From Abditibacteriaceae bacterium (lineage in GTDB: Bacteria > Armatimonadota > Abditibacteriia > Abditibacteriales > Abditibacteriaceae), in contig OZ255721.1 in assembly GCA_965277285.1 (NCBI GenBank), positions 3,520,001 through 3,584,000 of the forward strand: DNA of 64,000 nt. The letters are read 5' to 3'. Made by a program: the position numbers and the translations under genes. The notes below the pieces were generated by a model that was not told the origin of the DNA, searched no databases, and worked only from the letters and a program-made list of their open reading frames with translations. Positions 49,434 through 59,351 of this stretch are shown piece by piece. How positions within the stretch are numbered: the stretch's first letter is position 1; every line of letters starts with the position of its first letter.

Positions 49434-49823
49434 TTATTTCAGTGTCTTGAGATAAGTGTAAAGCGCCAGGCTGTCGTGCGCTTTGAGGTGATACACCGGC
49501 ATTGGCTTCTTCACTTTGCCGCCGTCATCGGTGATGCCCGAAGCCATAAGGCGCGCAAAAGTCTGCGTGTTATAGTGACGCATCGGGCCGCGAGCGCGCA
49601 GACCTGGTGCGAAGTGCGGCTTGCCTTGAAGATCGGCGCCGTGACACGTATTACAGCCTTTTTGTTGCACCAGTTGCTTGCCCAAACCGGCCAGCCGCGC
49701 CGCCGATTGTTTTGTGAGTGGCGTCCACGAAGCGGCTGGTTTGGTCAGTCCGCTTTGATGGTTTGCTGCCAAAGCGCAAAAAATCACGCCGATGCCGGTT
49801 GCGACACTGAAAAGCCCTTTCAT
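49434..49823 (-). CDS. Monoheme c-type cytochrome
   Basis: Signal peptide, CNTCH heme motif, distal PMP, ALYTYLKTL; RBS AAGGAG. Confidence 0.85.
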   Translation of the reverse strand: MKGLFSVATGIGVIFCALAANHQSGLTKPAASWTPLTKQSAARLAGLGKQLVQQKGCNTCHGADLQGKPHFAPGLRARGPMRHYNTQTFARLMASGITDDGGKVKKPMPVYHLKAHDSLALYTYLKTLK

Positions 49824-49975
49824 AGAAAAACTCCTTTGAAATAACTGCGCCGTGTTGATGAAGATCAACGAAGAACCATCAAACATCGTGCCCAAGCAAA
49901 CCGCTTTTTTCAAAGCGTTTCTTGCCTCTTAAAACCAATTCGTAAAGTAGAAAACACCGTCAGCAGGTGACATTC

Positions 49976-50039
49976 TGTCATTCTGAGCGCAGCGAAGAAT
50001 CTCATTGCAGTTAGATTCTTCGCTGCTCTCAGAATGACA
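49976..50039. repeat. TGTCATTCTGAG-family hairpin repeat
   Basis: TGTCATTCTGAGCGCAGCGAAGAATCT...AGATTCTTCGCTGCTCTCAGAATGACA. Confidence 0.9.
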
Positions 50040-50180
50040 AAGTTCCACGCCCTTTGCCTTGTTTCCACTTTTCAAACTGATTCTAAGAACTGCCGGAACA
50101 AATGATTCGCATTGCAAGACGCGGCACGAAGTTGTGGCTTGGCACTCTGAAACCACGCTCATCGAGTACTCGAAATAGAC

Positions 50181-50900
50181 TCAATCTTTCATCGCGTCGT
50201 TTTGCAGCGCGACGATTTGGTCGATGCCGATTTTGGCGAGTTCGATCAAGCGTCCCAGCTCAGCGCGCGTGAAAGTGGCGCCTTCTCCGGCGGCCTGCAC
50301 TTCGACCAGGCGACCTTGTTCGGTCATCACGACGTTCATGTCCACATTCGCGCGCGAATCTTCTTCGTAACTCAAGTCGAGCAATTCCTGACGACCAACG
50401 ATGCCGACCGAAATTGCCGCGATGTTGCCTTGCAAAGGTTGTCCGTGAATAATTCCGTCGCGCCGCAAGCCGTCAATCGCTTCGCGCAAAGCGATCCAGG
50501 CGCCACAAATTGCGGCTGTGCGCGTGCCGCCATCGGCTTGCAAAACGTCGCAATCGACGACGATGGAACGTTCGCCCAAAGCGCGCATATTGATGGCGCC
50601 GCGCAAACTGCGACCGATCAAACGCTGGATTTCAATGGTTCTGCCGTCGGGACGCGCGCGGCTGCCGTCGCGTTGGTTGCGCGAATGCGTGGCGCGCGGC
50701 AGCATTCCATATTCGGCTGTGACCCAGCCCGTTCCACTGTTGCGCAACCAAGCTGGAACCGTGTTTTCAATCGTTGCGGTGCAAAGAACGCGCGTTTGGC
50801 CGAACTCGCTCAGGCACGAACCTTCGGCGTGCGCCGCCCAACCGCGCGTGAATGTAATCGGTCGAAGTTGGTCGGGCGCGCGGCCATCGTTGCGTGGCAT
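50181..50900 (-). CDS. rph: Ribonuclease PH
   Basis: GWVTAEYGMLPRAT, EIQRLIGRSLR, QADGGTRTA, DMNVVM. Confidence 0.97.
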   Translation of the reverse strand: MPRNDGRAPDQLRPITFTRGWAAHAEGSCLSEFGQTRVLCTATIENTVPAWLRNSGTGWVTAEYGMLPRATHSRNQRDGSRARPDGRTIEIQRLIGRSLRGAINMRALGERSIVVDCDVLQADGGTRTAAICGAWIALREAIDGLRRDGIIHGQPLQGNIAAISVGIVGRQELLDLSYEEDSRANVDMNVVMTEQGRLVEVQAAGEGATFTRAELGRLIELAKIGIDQIVALQNDAMKD

Positions 50901-51040
50901 AAAAGTCCTTGAAAGAAAAGTTCACCGCGAAGGACACAAATCGCGCGAAGGAGAATCGAGTGCTCAAAAGTAGGAATTAAGTCATGTAAGCGTTTGTCAG
51001 TCTGAAATAAGAAAGTCTGCGAAACGACCCAAACGTGGCA

Positions 51041-51110
51041 GTTTGTCATTCTGAGTAACGCGAAGAATCTACTTGTAATCAGATTCTTCGCGTTACTCAG
51101 AATGACAAAC
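51041..51110. repeat. TGTCATTCTGAG-family hairpin repeat
   Basis: GTTTGTCATTCTGAGTAACGCGAAGAATCT...AGATTCTTCGCGTTACTCAGAATGACAAAC. Confidence 0.9.
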
Positions 51111-51164
51111 TCTCACTTAATCGAATTCTCGATCCTTCTCTCCCTGCGCGCTCTTCTCTCTAAA

Positions 51165-52016
51165 TTATTTGGCGGTGTAATTGAAAATCGGCCCGCTTTC
51201 TAAATGCGGTTGCGGAATGTCGAGCAGAGTTTGCACCCAGTGTCGCACGCCGTCGCTGTCGCCGCTGACGAAAAACGTGTGCTCCTCGGGCGCGCTTTCC
51301 TCTTTCGAGTACTCGATTGTATGGAGCAATTGCTGGACATCTTCGGCGACGGCTTGCGCGGGATCGACGAATTGCAAGTGCGGCGCACCAAGTTCGCGCG
51401 CGGCCTGAAGCAAAACCGGCAGCAGCAACGGATAATGCGTGCAACCTAAAACAATTGTATCAGCGCCGAATTCAATCAACGGTTGCAGATATTTTTTTGC
51501 GGCGTGGAAAGCGGCTTTCGATACGGTTTGTTCGCTTTCGACGAGCGGCACAAAATCGGGACAGGCGATTTCGAGGACTCGAATGGCAGGATTCATCGCT
51601 TGAATTGAGCGCGAATAAACCTCGCTTTCGACCGTCGCCTGCGTCGCCAAGACACCAACACGACGGTTCTTCGTTTGCGCTACAGTCGAACGCGCGCCGG
51701 GTTCAATCGTGCCGACGACCGGAACGGGCAGCGTTTCTCTCGCGGTTTCCAGCGCGACTGCCGAACTGGTGTTGCACGCGAAAACGACGATTTGCGCGCC
51801 GTGACCAATCAGGAATTCGGCGATTGATAACGCGAAGTGGCGCACTTCTTCGGGCGCGCGACCACCGTAAGGAACGTGAATCGTATCCGCAAAATACAGC
51901 AATCGCGCGTGCGGTAAAACGTCCTGAATGCAACGTGCGACTGTCAAACCGCCGACGCCCGAATCACGAATGCCGATCGTCAACGGCGCGAGGTTTCGAG
52001 TACTCGATTGAATCAC
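51165..52016 (-). CDS. murI: Glutamate racemase
   Basis: DSGVGGLTV, PYG, ACNTSS, LGCTHYP; GTG start overlaps the upstream TGA. Confidence 0.95.
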   Translation of the reverse strand: MIQSSTRNLAPLTIGIRDSGVGGLTVARCIQDVLPHARLLYFADTIHVPYGGRAPEEVRHFALSIAEFLIGHGAQIVVFACNTSSAVALETARETLPVPVVGTIEPGARSTVAQTKNRRVGVLATQATVESEVYSRSIQAMNPAIRVLEIACPDFVPLVESEQTVSKAAFHAAKKYLQPLIEFGADTIVLGCTHYPLLLPVLLQAARELGAPHLQFVDPAQAVAEDVQQLLHTIEYSKEESAPEEHTFFVSGDSDGVRHWVQTLLDIPQPHLESGPIFNYTAK

Positions 52017-52771
52017 GGAAGCGAACTTCCCGCGTTTGGCGCTGGACTCGTTGTCGAACTTTGCGCCACGTTCGTCGCGGAAGCGTTCAACGAGTAATCG
52101 GGCGGAATTGGTTCGTTCAAGTCGAATTCGCCCAGGTTTTGCAACCGTTTGCCGTCGACCAGAAATTGCACGAGAACATCGCGGCCTTTGCCCGATATGA
52201 CGGGCGCCAGTGTATTGACAATCGAGTAAATGGCGAGCTTGGTTTTGGTTTCGCCGCTCCAAAAATTGGGATCGTTGAACGCCGCATTGAAGTTGACAGT
52301 CGCCGCATCACTATTCAACTGAACGCTTTGGACATGAGTTCCTGTGGGAAACATTTCTGGCGCGGCGGCGATAATAGCGTTGATCCACTGCGTATAAATT
52401 GTCGAGATATCGGCGCCAGAGTTAGCGGGCAGGTTACTTTGAAACGGTTTCTGGTGTAGTTTCGCATCGTCGCCCGCAACCCACATCGCGGTGGGAATCG
52501 AGTACTGGATAGTGACCACTGGCGTTGGCGAAATTTGCGGCATTGGTGTTTGAGCCGACGTGTGAATCGGTTTGACGTGAACACGTTCCGGCGGTGCATC
52601 ACTGCTGTCTGGCGATAAAACCGTTGTTTGCATCAGGACAACGCCCGCGCCCAAAATCAGCGGCAACAGCAAAGGCCACAAAATCCAGGTGTCCTGCGGC
52701 GTATTGTGCAGTTTGACGGCGTTGGTTGGTGTGTTTTCTTGCGGCCTGAAATCGGGAGGAGGAACGCTCAT
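52013..52771 (-). CDS. GerMN domain protein
   Basis: TM helix; FPTGT.V.SV..ATVNF..AIYSIVNTL..VQFLVDG. Confidence 0.85.
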   Translation of the reverse strand: MSVPPPDFRPQENTPTNAVKLHNTPQDTWILWPLLLPLILGAGVVLMQTTVLSPDSSDAPPERVHVKPIHTSAQTPMPQISPTPVVTIQYSIPTAMWVAGDDAKLHQKPFQSNLPANSGADISTIYTQWINAIIAAAPEMFPTGTHVQSVQLNSDAATVNFNAAFNDPNFWSGETKTKLAIYSIVNTLAPVISGKGRDVLVQFLVDGKRLQNLGEFDLNEPIPPDYSLNASATNVAQSSTTSPAPNAGSSLP

Positions 52772-52795
52772 AAAAGTTCGGTAATCGGTGCGTCG

Positions 52796-54499
52796 TTAAT
52801 TGCGCACGCCATATTTGCGGACATAATTGCTGATACCTTGCGCCATGCCATTAGCCACGCGCTGGCGCCAGTTCGGGTTCATCAACATCGCTTCTTCGCC
52901 CGGGTTGGTGATGAAACAGCTTTCGGTCAGGACACTTGGCATCCACGTTTTGCGAATCACGAAAAAGCGCGATTGCTCGACGCCGCGACTTTTGACGCCC
53001 GTCGCGCGCGCCAATTCGCTTTGAACTTCGCGCGCCAAAGGCAACGATTGCGCCGTGTAAAAGTGCGTCGTGGTGCCGGTCGAAGAGCGCAAGTAGGAAT
53101 CGATGTGAATGCTGAAAAAGATGTCGGCGTGGTGCGAGTTGGCGAAATCCACGCGTCCTGGCAGCGTCACGAAATAATCGCCGTCGCGCGTCATCAAAAC
53201 CGTGGCGCCGCGCGCTTCGAGATCTGCACGCAGGCGACGCGCCATGTCCAGCGTGTAATGCTTTTCCGCGCTGCGCGTGACGCCATATGAAACGCCTTTG
53301 ATGGCGCTGCTCGATTGCAAAATCGCGGAGCCGGGCGCGCCCGAATCATAACCGCCGTGTCCTGCATCAATGACAATTGTAACGCCGCGTAAGCTACCAC
53401 CCGTCGGTTGAACGCGTTCGTCATTTGGCCCGGGAATCGTGACTTCGCCAGGCGGAATTTTAGTTTGCGAGTTGGGAATCAACACCGCGAACATGGTGCG
53501 GTCAGGCAATGGCTGCACCGTAATTTGCGAAGCGATGTCGCGCTTGAGGTCGATGGCGATGCGCGTGACATCCGGAAAACTTTGCGGCATTCCAGCGCGC
53601 ACTTGCTGCACATCGTTCAAACCGGTGCTGACAACGCGTTCGCCGGTCGAGTTGACGGCATCGAAACCCATCGAGTAACCCGAGAAATCGAAGTACAACT
53701 TCGGCGGATTGTCCAACGTGCCTTTGAGAACGGCGCCCTCGGGAATCCGCGCCGAAGTTTTCACGGTAACAACGGTGTAGCCTTGCGCCGGAAAAACTTC
53801 GACGCTTTGAATGGTCGGCGTGATGTCGAGCGTGCCGTCCGGCTCCAAGCGCACCGCCGCGCCCAAAAGTGGCGCAATCGAAAAAACTGGCAGATAAATC
53901 TTGTTACCGATGACCAGAGGAGCAGCGCGCAATTGCTGTTCTTGCCCCGCTACGTAAGCGGTCGCTTGGCCGACCGTGAGGATAATCGGCGGTCGCGGCG
54001 CGAGATTCAATTGAAACGATTGCGTTTCAGTCGGCGTGTTCAGATTTCCCTGATAATTTTTTTCCGCCACGCGCGAAGCGGTCGCGCCCAATTTAGAAAG
54101 CAACGACGAATCATCGCCGACGATGGGCGCCAGAATATCCAAATTGCCGACACGCAACGGCGCATCGTTGATCAAAATACCGGCGACTTTGATGCGCCTG
54201 ACTTGCGACAGATCAATCGGCAAAGCGCCCAATGTTTGCCCGGTCGAACCCATATCGGACGAATTACCAGGATCATTACTCAAAGTGCGATTATCGGCGG
54301 AAGACTTTGTGTAGGTCTTCAAGCGCGCCTTGATAGCATCTTGCACGGTGATGCTTTCTGTACTCGCTTGTGGTTTGTTAGTGTGCGCTTTTGCGGCGTT
54401 GCCCAGAAAGGAAAAGGTGGCGCATACGCCCAACATCAACGTTCGGGGAGACAGAGAAGACAGACGACGAGAACGACGGTGAGAAAGAGAATGCTTCAT
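52796..54499 (-). CDS. N-acetylmuramoyl-L-alanine amidase (Amidase_3) with stalk/AMIN-like domains
   Basis: VIDAGHGGYDSGA, EK, MTRDGD, FSIH, PSVLTESCFITN. Confidence 0.92.
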   Translation of the reverse strand: MKHSLSHRRSRRLSSLSPRTLMLGVCATFSFLGNAAKAHTNKPQASTESITVQDAIKARLKTYTKSSADNRTLSNDPGNSSDMGSTGQTLGALPIDLSQVRRIKVAGILINDAPLRVGNLDILAPIVGDDSSLLSKLGATASRVAEKNYQGNLNTPTETQSFQLNLAPRPPIILTVGQATAYVAGQEQQLRAAPLVIGNKIYLPVFSIAPLLGAAVRLEPDGTLDITPTIQSVEVFPAQGYTVVTVKTSARIPEGAVLKGTLDNPPKLYFDFSGYSMGFDAVNSTGERVVSTGLNDVQQVRAGMPQSFPDVTRIAIDLKRDIASQITVQPLPDRTMFAVLIPNSQTKIPPGEVTIPGPNDERVQPTGGSLRGVTIVIDAGHGGYDSGAPGSAILQSSSAIKGVSYGVTRSAEKHYTLDMARRLRADLEARGATVLMTRDGDYFVTLPGRVDFANSHHADIFFSIHIDSYLRSSTGTTTHFYTAQSLPLAREVQSELARATGVKSRGVEQSRFFVIRKTWMPSVLTESCFITNPGEEAMLMNPNWRQRVANGMAQGISNYVRKYGVRN

Positions 54500-54683
54500 G
54501 ACAATGACAACTTGAAGAACGATGAACTACAGATTTTATATCTTGTGACAAACAACACGTCTTGGGACGAGCGAGCAGACGACAGCACGGCGCGGAGGTT
54601 TACAAAGGCGAGAAATCAGCAATCGAGTACTCGATAGTAATAAATGCGTCATTCTAAATGGAGAAAATCCACGAAACGCCTTG

Positions 54684-54771
54684 AAAGTAAGACTTTGTCA
54701 TTCGGAGCGCAGCGAAGAATCTAATTGCAGCCAGATTCTTCGCTGCGCTCCGAATGACAAAGTCTTACTTT
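54684..54771. repeat. TGTCATTC(T/G)GAG-family hairpin repeat with an extended stem
   Basis: AAAGTAAGACTTTGTCATTCGGAGCGCAGCGAAGAATCT...AGATTCTTCGCTGCGCTCCGAATGACAAAGTCTTACTTT. Confidence 0.9.
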
Positions 54772-54851
54772 CGACGTTTTACTAATTCTCAAAATGACGG
54801 ACTGCGAGTTCCCTGGTTATTTGCAACTTCCCAAAATGGCTTTGCAGACTT

Positions 54852-55655
54852 TCAAACTTGCGCGGCATTGACAATCGCCGCAAAGGAATCGGCTTTAAGG
54901 CTGGCGCCGCCGACGAGCGCGCCGTCGATGTGCGGGCGCGACAGCAAATCTTTGGCGTTGTCTGGCTTGACGCTGCCGCCGTATTGAACGCGCACGACAT
55001 CCGCCGCATCGCTGCCCAGAACGTTTCCAACTGCCGCGCGCACCACGCCACAAACGCGGTCGGCTTCTTCAGCAGCGCAGGTTTCGCCAGTGCCGATTGC
55101 CCACACGGGTTCATATGCCAAAACCAACGTCGCGGCCTGCGCGCTTTCGATGCCTTTTAACGCGGCTTCGACTTGAGAAGTCACGACATGATCGGTACTT
55201 CCGCTTTGGCGTTCGCTGAGGGTTTCGCCGACGCAAACGATTGGAACTAATCCGCCCGCCAGAACAGCGTGCAGTTTCTTGTTGACTGATTCGTCGGTGT
55301 CGCCGAAAACGCGACCAGCTTCGCCTTCCAAATCGGGTTCGGGAACGCCAAAGCGTCCGCGTCGCTCGCTGTGACCCAACACGACATAAGTCGCGCCCGC
55401 GTCTTTGGCCAGAGAAGTCGAAACCTCGCCGGTATAAGCGCCGCTTTCCTTCCAGTAAACGTCCTGCGCCGCGACTTTAATTCGAGTACTCGTTGCCGCT
55501 TGAAACGTCGCGTTGAGCGCGGTAAAAACCGGACACAGCACAATGTCCACATTTTGCGCTTCGGCGACGAGCGGCGTCAATTCGCGCACAAAAGTTTGCG
55601 CGTCTTCAATGGTTTTGTTGAGTTTCCAGTTTCCGGCGATGATTGGTGTTCGCAT
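54852..55655 (-). CDS. tpiA: Triosephosphate isomerase
   Basis: AGNWK, GAYTGEVS, GHSERR, AYEPVWAIGTG, YGGSVK, LVGGASL. Confidence 0.98.
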   Translation of the reverse strand: MRTPIIAGNWKLNKTIEDAQTFVRELTPLVAEAQNVDIVLCPVFTALNATFQAATSTRIKVAAQDVYWKESGAYTGEVSTSLAKDAGATYVVLGHSERRGRFGVPEPDLEGEAGRVFGDTDESVNKKLHAVLAGGLVPIVCVGETLSERQSGSTDHVVTSQVEAALKGIESAQAATLVLAYEPVWAIGTGETCAAEEADRVCGVVRAAVGNVLGSDAADVVRVQYGGSVKPDNAKDLLSRPHIDGALVGGASLKADSFAAIVNAAQV

Positions 55656-55786
55656 ATTCCAAGTACTTTACAAAAGAACGCGACGCGGGGCAAAAACGCA
55701 GGACGTAAAAAACAAAGGTCGCAGCCGAAGCCGCGACCTTTTTACTTTCCGAGTACTCATCGAGTCCTCGATTTCCCATCCAATTC

Positions 55787-56500
55787 TTAGCGACGGCTGC
55801 CGCTCAAAATGCGGAGCAACGCCATAAAAATATTGAGGAAGTCAAGAAACAGCGCGAGAGCTGCCGAACAGTAACCGCGCTCGTCGTAGCGATTGATAAT
55901 GCGCGACGTGTCATACAAAACGTAGCCGCTGAAAATCAAGACCGTGACCCAAGACATCAAGTAGCTTGCCGCACCGCTCTTAAAAAAGAACGCGTTCGCC
56001 AGGCCGCCCAAAATCAGCGAGATCAGACCGATGAACAGCATTCCGCCCAGATATGAGAAATCTTTGCGCGAAATAAACGCGTAAGCCGTCAGCGAACCGA
56101 AAATGACGACCGTCAAAAAACCGGCCTGACCGACAACCTCAGGCGCGAAAGTGGCAATGACCGGCGCGAAAACCAGACCCATCAAGCCAGTAAAAGCAAA
56201 CAGCGCGACATAGTTCAAGCCTTCAACGCGCGACACCGCTTGCGCGCCAATCGATGCGCCGATTATCAGCAGGAACAAGATGAGAGCCGAGTGGTTGAGC
56301 AGCCCAACAACGGCGTTGTTGATGGCGGGAATATGCAGACAGGCGGCTCCAGCGGCAACTGCCGTCAAGATGCCCATCAAAAACAGCACGTAGGTTTTGC
56401 GGATAAAGTTGAGCCGCGTTTCAGCAGACGTTTGCGCCACCATCGGCATTTGGGTGGTGCTGCTGAACGGACTATTTTGCGAATTGAAACCACTGTTCAT
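55787..56500 (-). CDS. Bax inhibitor-1/YccA family membrane protein
   Basis: FIRKTY, KDFSYLG, YVLYDT, AALALFLDFLNIF. Confidence 0.92.
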   Translation of the reverse strand: MNSGFNSQNSPFSSTTQMPMVAQTSAETRLNFIRKTYVLFLMGILTAVAAGAACLHIPAINNAVVGLLNHSALILFLLIIGASIGAQAVSRVEGLNYVALFAFTGLMGLVFAPVIATFAPEVVGQAGFLTVVIFGSLTAYAFISRKDFSYLGGMLFIGLISLILGGLANAFFFKSGAASYLMSWVTVLIFSGYVLYDTSRIINRYDERGYCSAALALFLDFLNIFMALLRILSGSRR

Positions 56501-56594
56501 TTGAAATCTCCTTCGAGTACTCGATAATCGAGCCTCGCTTGATTAAACGTTCTGCGGCACGTTTCGTTGCACCAGTTTACAGAGTTTTCGGACT

Positions 56595-57803
56595 TTATTT
56601 GCTGTCCAACGCCGCCACGCCAGGCAACTCCAAACCTTCCAAGAACTCGAGACTGGCGCCGCCGCCGGTCGAAATATGCGTCATTTTGTCGGATAAGCCG
56701 AATTTTTTGGCGGCTGCTGCGCTATCGCCGCCGCCGATGACGGTTGTGGCGCCATTGGCTGTCGCGCGCGCCATAGCTTCGGCGACTTCTTCGGTGCCGT
56801 TTTCAAAAGGTGTCAATTCAAAGCGTCCCATCGGGCCGTTCCACAAGATGGTTTTGGCGTTTTCGATGACTTTCGAGTACTCTCTAATCGTTTCTGGCCC
56901 GATGTCCATGCCCATTTTGTCGGCGGGGATTTTGTCGAAGGCAACGACTTCAGTTTGCGCGTCTTCAGCGTCACGGTCGGCAATCAAAACGTCTTTGGGC
57001 AAGCGGAAATCTTTGCCGTTATCTTTGGCCAGTTTCAAAAGTTCACCGGCGATTGGCGCGTCTTCGGCCTTGAAATAACTGGTGCCGACTTCCAAACCTT
57101 GCGCTTTGACAAACGCATAACTCATCGCGCCGCCGACCAAAAGCGTATCGACTTTTTCCAGCAAATTGCGAATCACGCCGATTTTGTCGCTGACCTTGAC
57201 GCCGCCCAAAATCGCCACGAACGGTCGCTGCGGGTTTTCGATGACGCCGCCCAGGAAATCCAACTCGCGCGCCATCAAAAGACCGGCCACGCAAGCGCCG
57301 CCGCGTTCACGGATGATCTTCGCCACGCCTTGCGTCGAAGCGTGCGCGCGATGCGCTGCGCCAAATGCGTCGTTGACATAAACATCGCCGTGCTTGGCGA
57401 GTTCAGCGGCGAACGCCGGATCGTTCTTTTCTTCTTCGGCGTGAAAGCGCAAGTTTTCCAGCAGCAAAACTTCGCCTTCGCCCAGTTTGGAAACGGCTTC
57501 TTCGGCTCCGGCGCCAATGCAATCGCTGGCGGTGGCGACAGGTTGGCCCAGCAATTCGTGCAGGCGACGCGCGGCGGGCGCCAGTCGCATACTTTCGACG
57601 ACTTTGCCTTTGGGACGCCCCAAATGCGCCATCAAAACGACGCGCGCGCCGTTATCTAACAAATAGCGCAAGGTCGGCAAAGTTTCGCGGATGCGCGCGT
57701 CGTCGGTGATTTGCAAATTGTCGTCGAGCGGCACGTTGTAATCGACGCGCACCAGAACGCGCTTGCCTTTGACATCAATGTCGTGAATAGTTTTCTTGTT
57801 CAT
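56595..57803 (-). CDS. pgk: Phosphoglycerate kinase
   Basis: RVDYNVP, HLGRPKG, LENLRF, NDAFG, WNGPMG, GGGDS, STGGGASLE. Confidence 0.98.
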   Translation of the reverse strand: MNKKTIHDIDVKGKRVLVRVDYNVPLDDNLQITDDARIRETLPTLRYLLDNGARVVLMAHLGRPKGKVVESMRLAPAARRLHELLGQPVATASDCIGAGAEEAVSKLGEGEVLLLENLRFHAEEEKNDPAFAAELAKHGDVYVNDAFGAAHRAHASTQGVAKIIRERGGACVAGLLMARELDFLGGVIENPQRPFVAILGGVKVSDKIGVIRNLLEKVDTLLVGGAMSYAFVKAQGLEVGTSYFKAEDAPIAGELLKLAKDNGKDFRLPKDVLIADRDAEDAQTEVVAFDKIPADKMGMDIGPETIREYSKVIENAKTILWNGPMGRFELTPFENGTEEVAEAMARATANGATTVIGGGDSAAAAKKFGLSDKMTHISTGGGASLEFLEGLELPGVAALDSK

Positions 57804-57961
57804 GGGATTTCTCCTTCCTCAATCGCATGGAGCTTAACACGAAAGCAACACAGGCGAAAACGTCATGCGCTCAAGTATCACTCGCCAAAACGCCGCTTCG
57901 AGCAATCGAGTACTCGAAACGGCGTTTTGGTGTTCAGCCTTCATTGGTGCGACAACGGAAT

Positions 57962-58249
57962 TTAGCGACCGGGATCGCCATACGGGTCTTGGTTGGAAGA
58001 CAGCACGTTACCGAACTGTCCGCCGCCCTGCGCCCCCGGATCTCCGTATTGATCCTGATTGGACGACAGCACGTTGCCGAACTGTCCGCCGTCGAACTGC
58101 TGGCCGGTTTGCTGGGCGTGCTGCCCGAACAGACCGCTCAACTGCCCCAGCAAACCGCCAGCGTCATAGGACGGGCCGGGCGTGTTGGGCGAAGCGTGAT
58201 TCAAAATCGTGTTGGCCACTTGACCGAAAAGCATACTCAGTGGGTTCAT
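57962..58249 (-). CDS. Small Gly/Gln-rich protein with a duplicated GGQFGNVLSSNQD(Q/P)YGDPG motif
   Basis: RBS AAGGAG; 66-nt internal direct repeat. Confidence 0.75.
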   Translation of the reverse strand: MNPLSMLFGQVANTILNHASPNTPGPSYDAGGLLGQLSGLFGQHAQQTGQQFDGGQFGNVLSSNQDQYGDPGAQGGGQFGNVLSSNQDPYGDPGR

Positions 58250-58348
58250 GGGAAATCTCCTTGGCGTCGAATCTTTCTTTCCTTAACGTTGTTCGGATGG
58301 AATTGTCATGGAACGGTTTCAAACGCCTGTTGGGTTACGTCATTTGTC

Positions 58349-58894
58349 TTACATCGTCGGTGCTGGCTGGCTGCCTGCCGGACCCTGATATTGACCTTGA
58401 GGGTTGTAACCGTAGCCGCCGAACTGCTGACCCGTCGCCTGATTATTGTAACCCGCATAACCGCTATACTGTTGCGCTTCTTCGGCGGGAACCGAAATCG
58501 GCTGCGACGGCGGCGTCACGTAAATTGCCTGATGCGTTTTTGGATCGCGGTAATAGATACGACCGTTCGCTTCCGACTTGTAGTACTGAACGCCGCTCGG
58601 TGCTTTGTTCTTCTCATACTTGCGATAAACATAGTACAAGGCGGCAGCTCCAGCCAGCAACACAACTTTCTGCTTGGTCGACATGCCTTGCTTGGGCGCA
58701 TTGGGAGCGCCAATGGCGGGCGGCGGCGCTGCGGTGGTTTCGGCAGGCGGCGGCGGTGCGGATTGTGAAGACTGTTGCGCGTTGTTGCCGCCACCGCCGC
58801 AACCGGCGAGCAGCGTCGGGACAAGAATGGCGCTGGTCGTCAGCAATGCGATGGGACGGGTGAAACCTGCGCGTGGCGTGTGCTTGGTTTTCAT
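58349..58894 (-). CDS. Hypothetical Pro/Gln-rich lipoprotein
   Basis: RBS GGAGAGG; LLAGC lipobox; second hydrophobic segment and a Tyr-rich beta region. Confidence 0.75.
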   Translation of the reverse strand: MKTKHTPRAGFTRPIALLTTSAILVPTLLAGCGGGGNNAQQSSQSAPPPPAETTAAPPPAIGAPNAPKQGMSTKQKVVLLAGAAALYYVYRKYEKNKAPSGVQYYKSEANGRIYYRDPKTHQAIYVTPPSQPISVPAEEAQQYSGYAGYNNQATGQQFGGYGYNPQGQYQGPAGSQPAPTM

Positions 58895-59269
58895 CTTTCC
58901 TCTCCTTGGAAATTGGTGCGTCGGGATGAGACTGCGATGCGGCTTTGGTGCAACTTTTAGAGCGACCGCTCCATCGGCAAAAACGATGCCATATCTGTAC
59001 GCTGCTGAACACCAAGTGCAATCTCCTTTCTTCTCCTTGTCGCAGTGAGCGCCGCGTTTTATAATGAAAGACAATGTTTCCCTTGTTTCTCATTACGACG
59101 CGAATTACCTGGTCGGCGGCGATTTCTGCCCGATTGCGTTGATTCGCGTTCCTTTCTCTTCGCTTCGCGCCCGCCGCCGACTCCCTTTCGAGTACTCGAT
59201 GGCGGGTTTTTTGTTGCTTAATAAATTGATTCACCGTAGAGAAATTAGAGTGGACGAAGGTACTTGCAG

Positions 59270-59351
59270 TTTGTCATTCTGAGCACAGTGAAGAATTTCT
59301 ATGCGAGGTCAGATTTTTCACTGCGCTCAGAACTGCGCTCAGAATGACAAA
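59270..59351. repeat. Degenerate TGTCATTCTGAG-family hairpin repeat
   Basis: Same termini as the other copies, with an internal 12-bp duplication CTGCGCTCAGAA. Confidence 0.8.
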
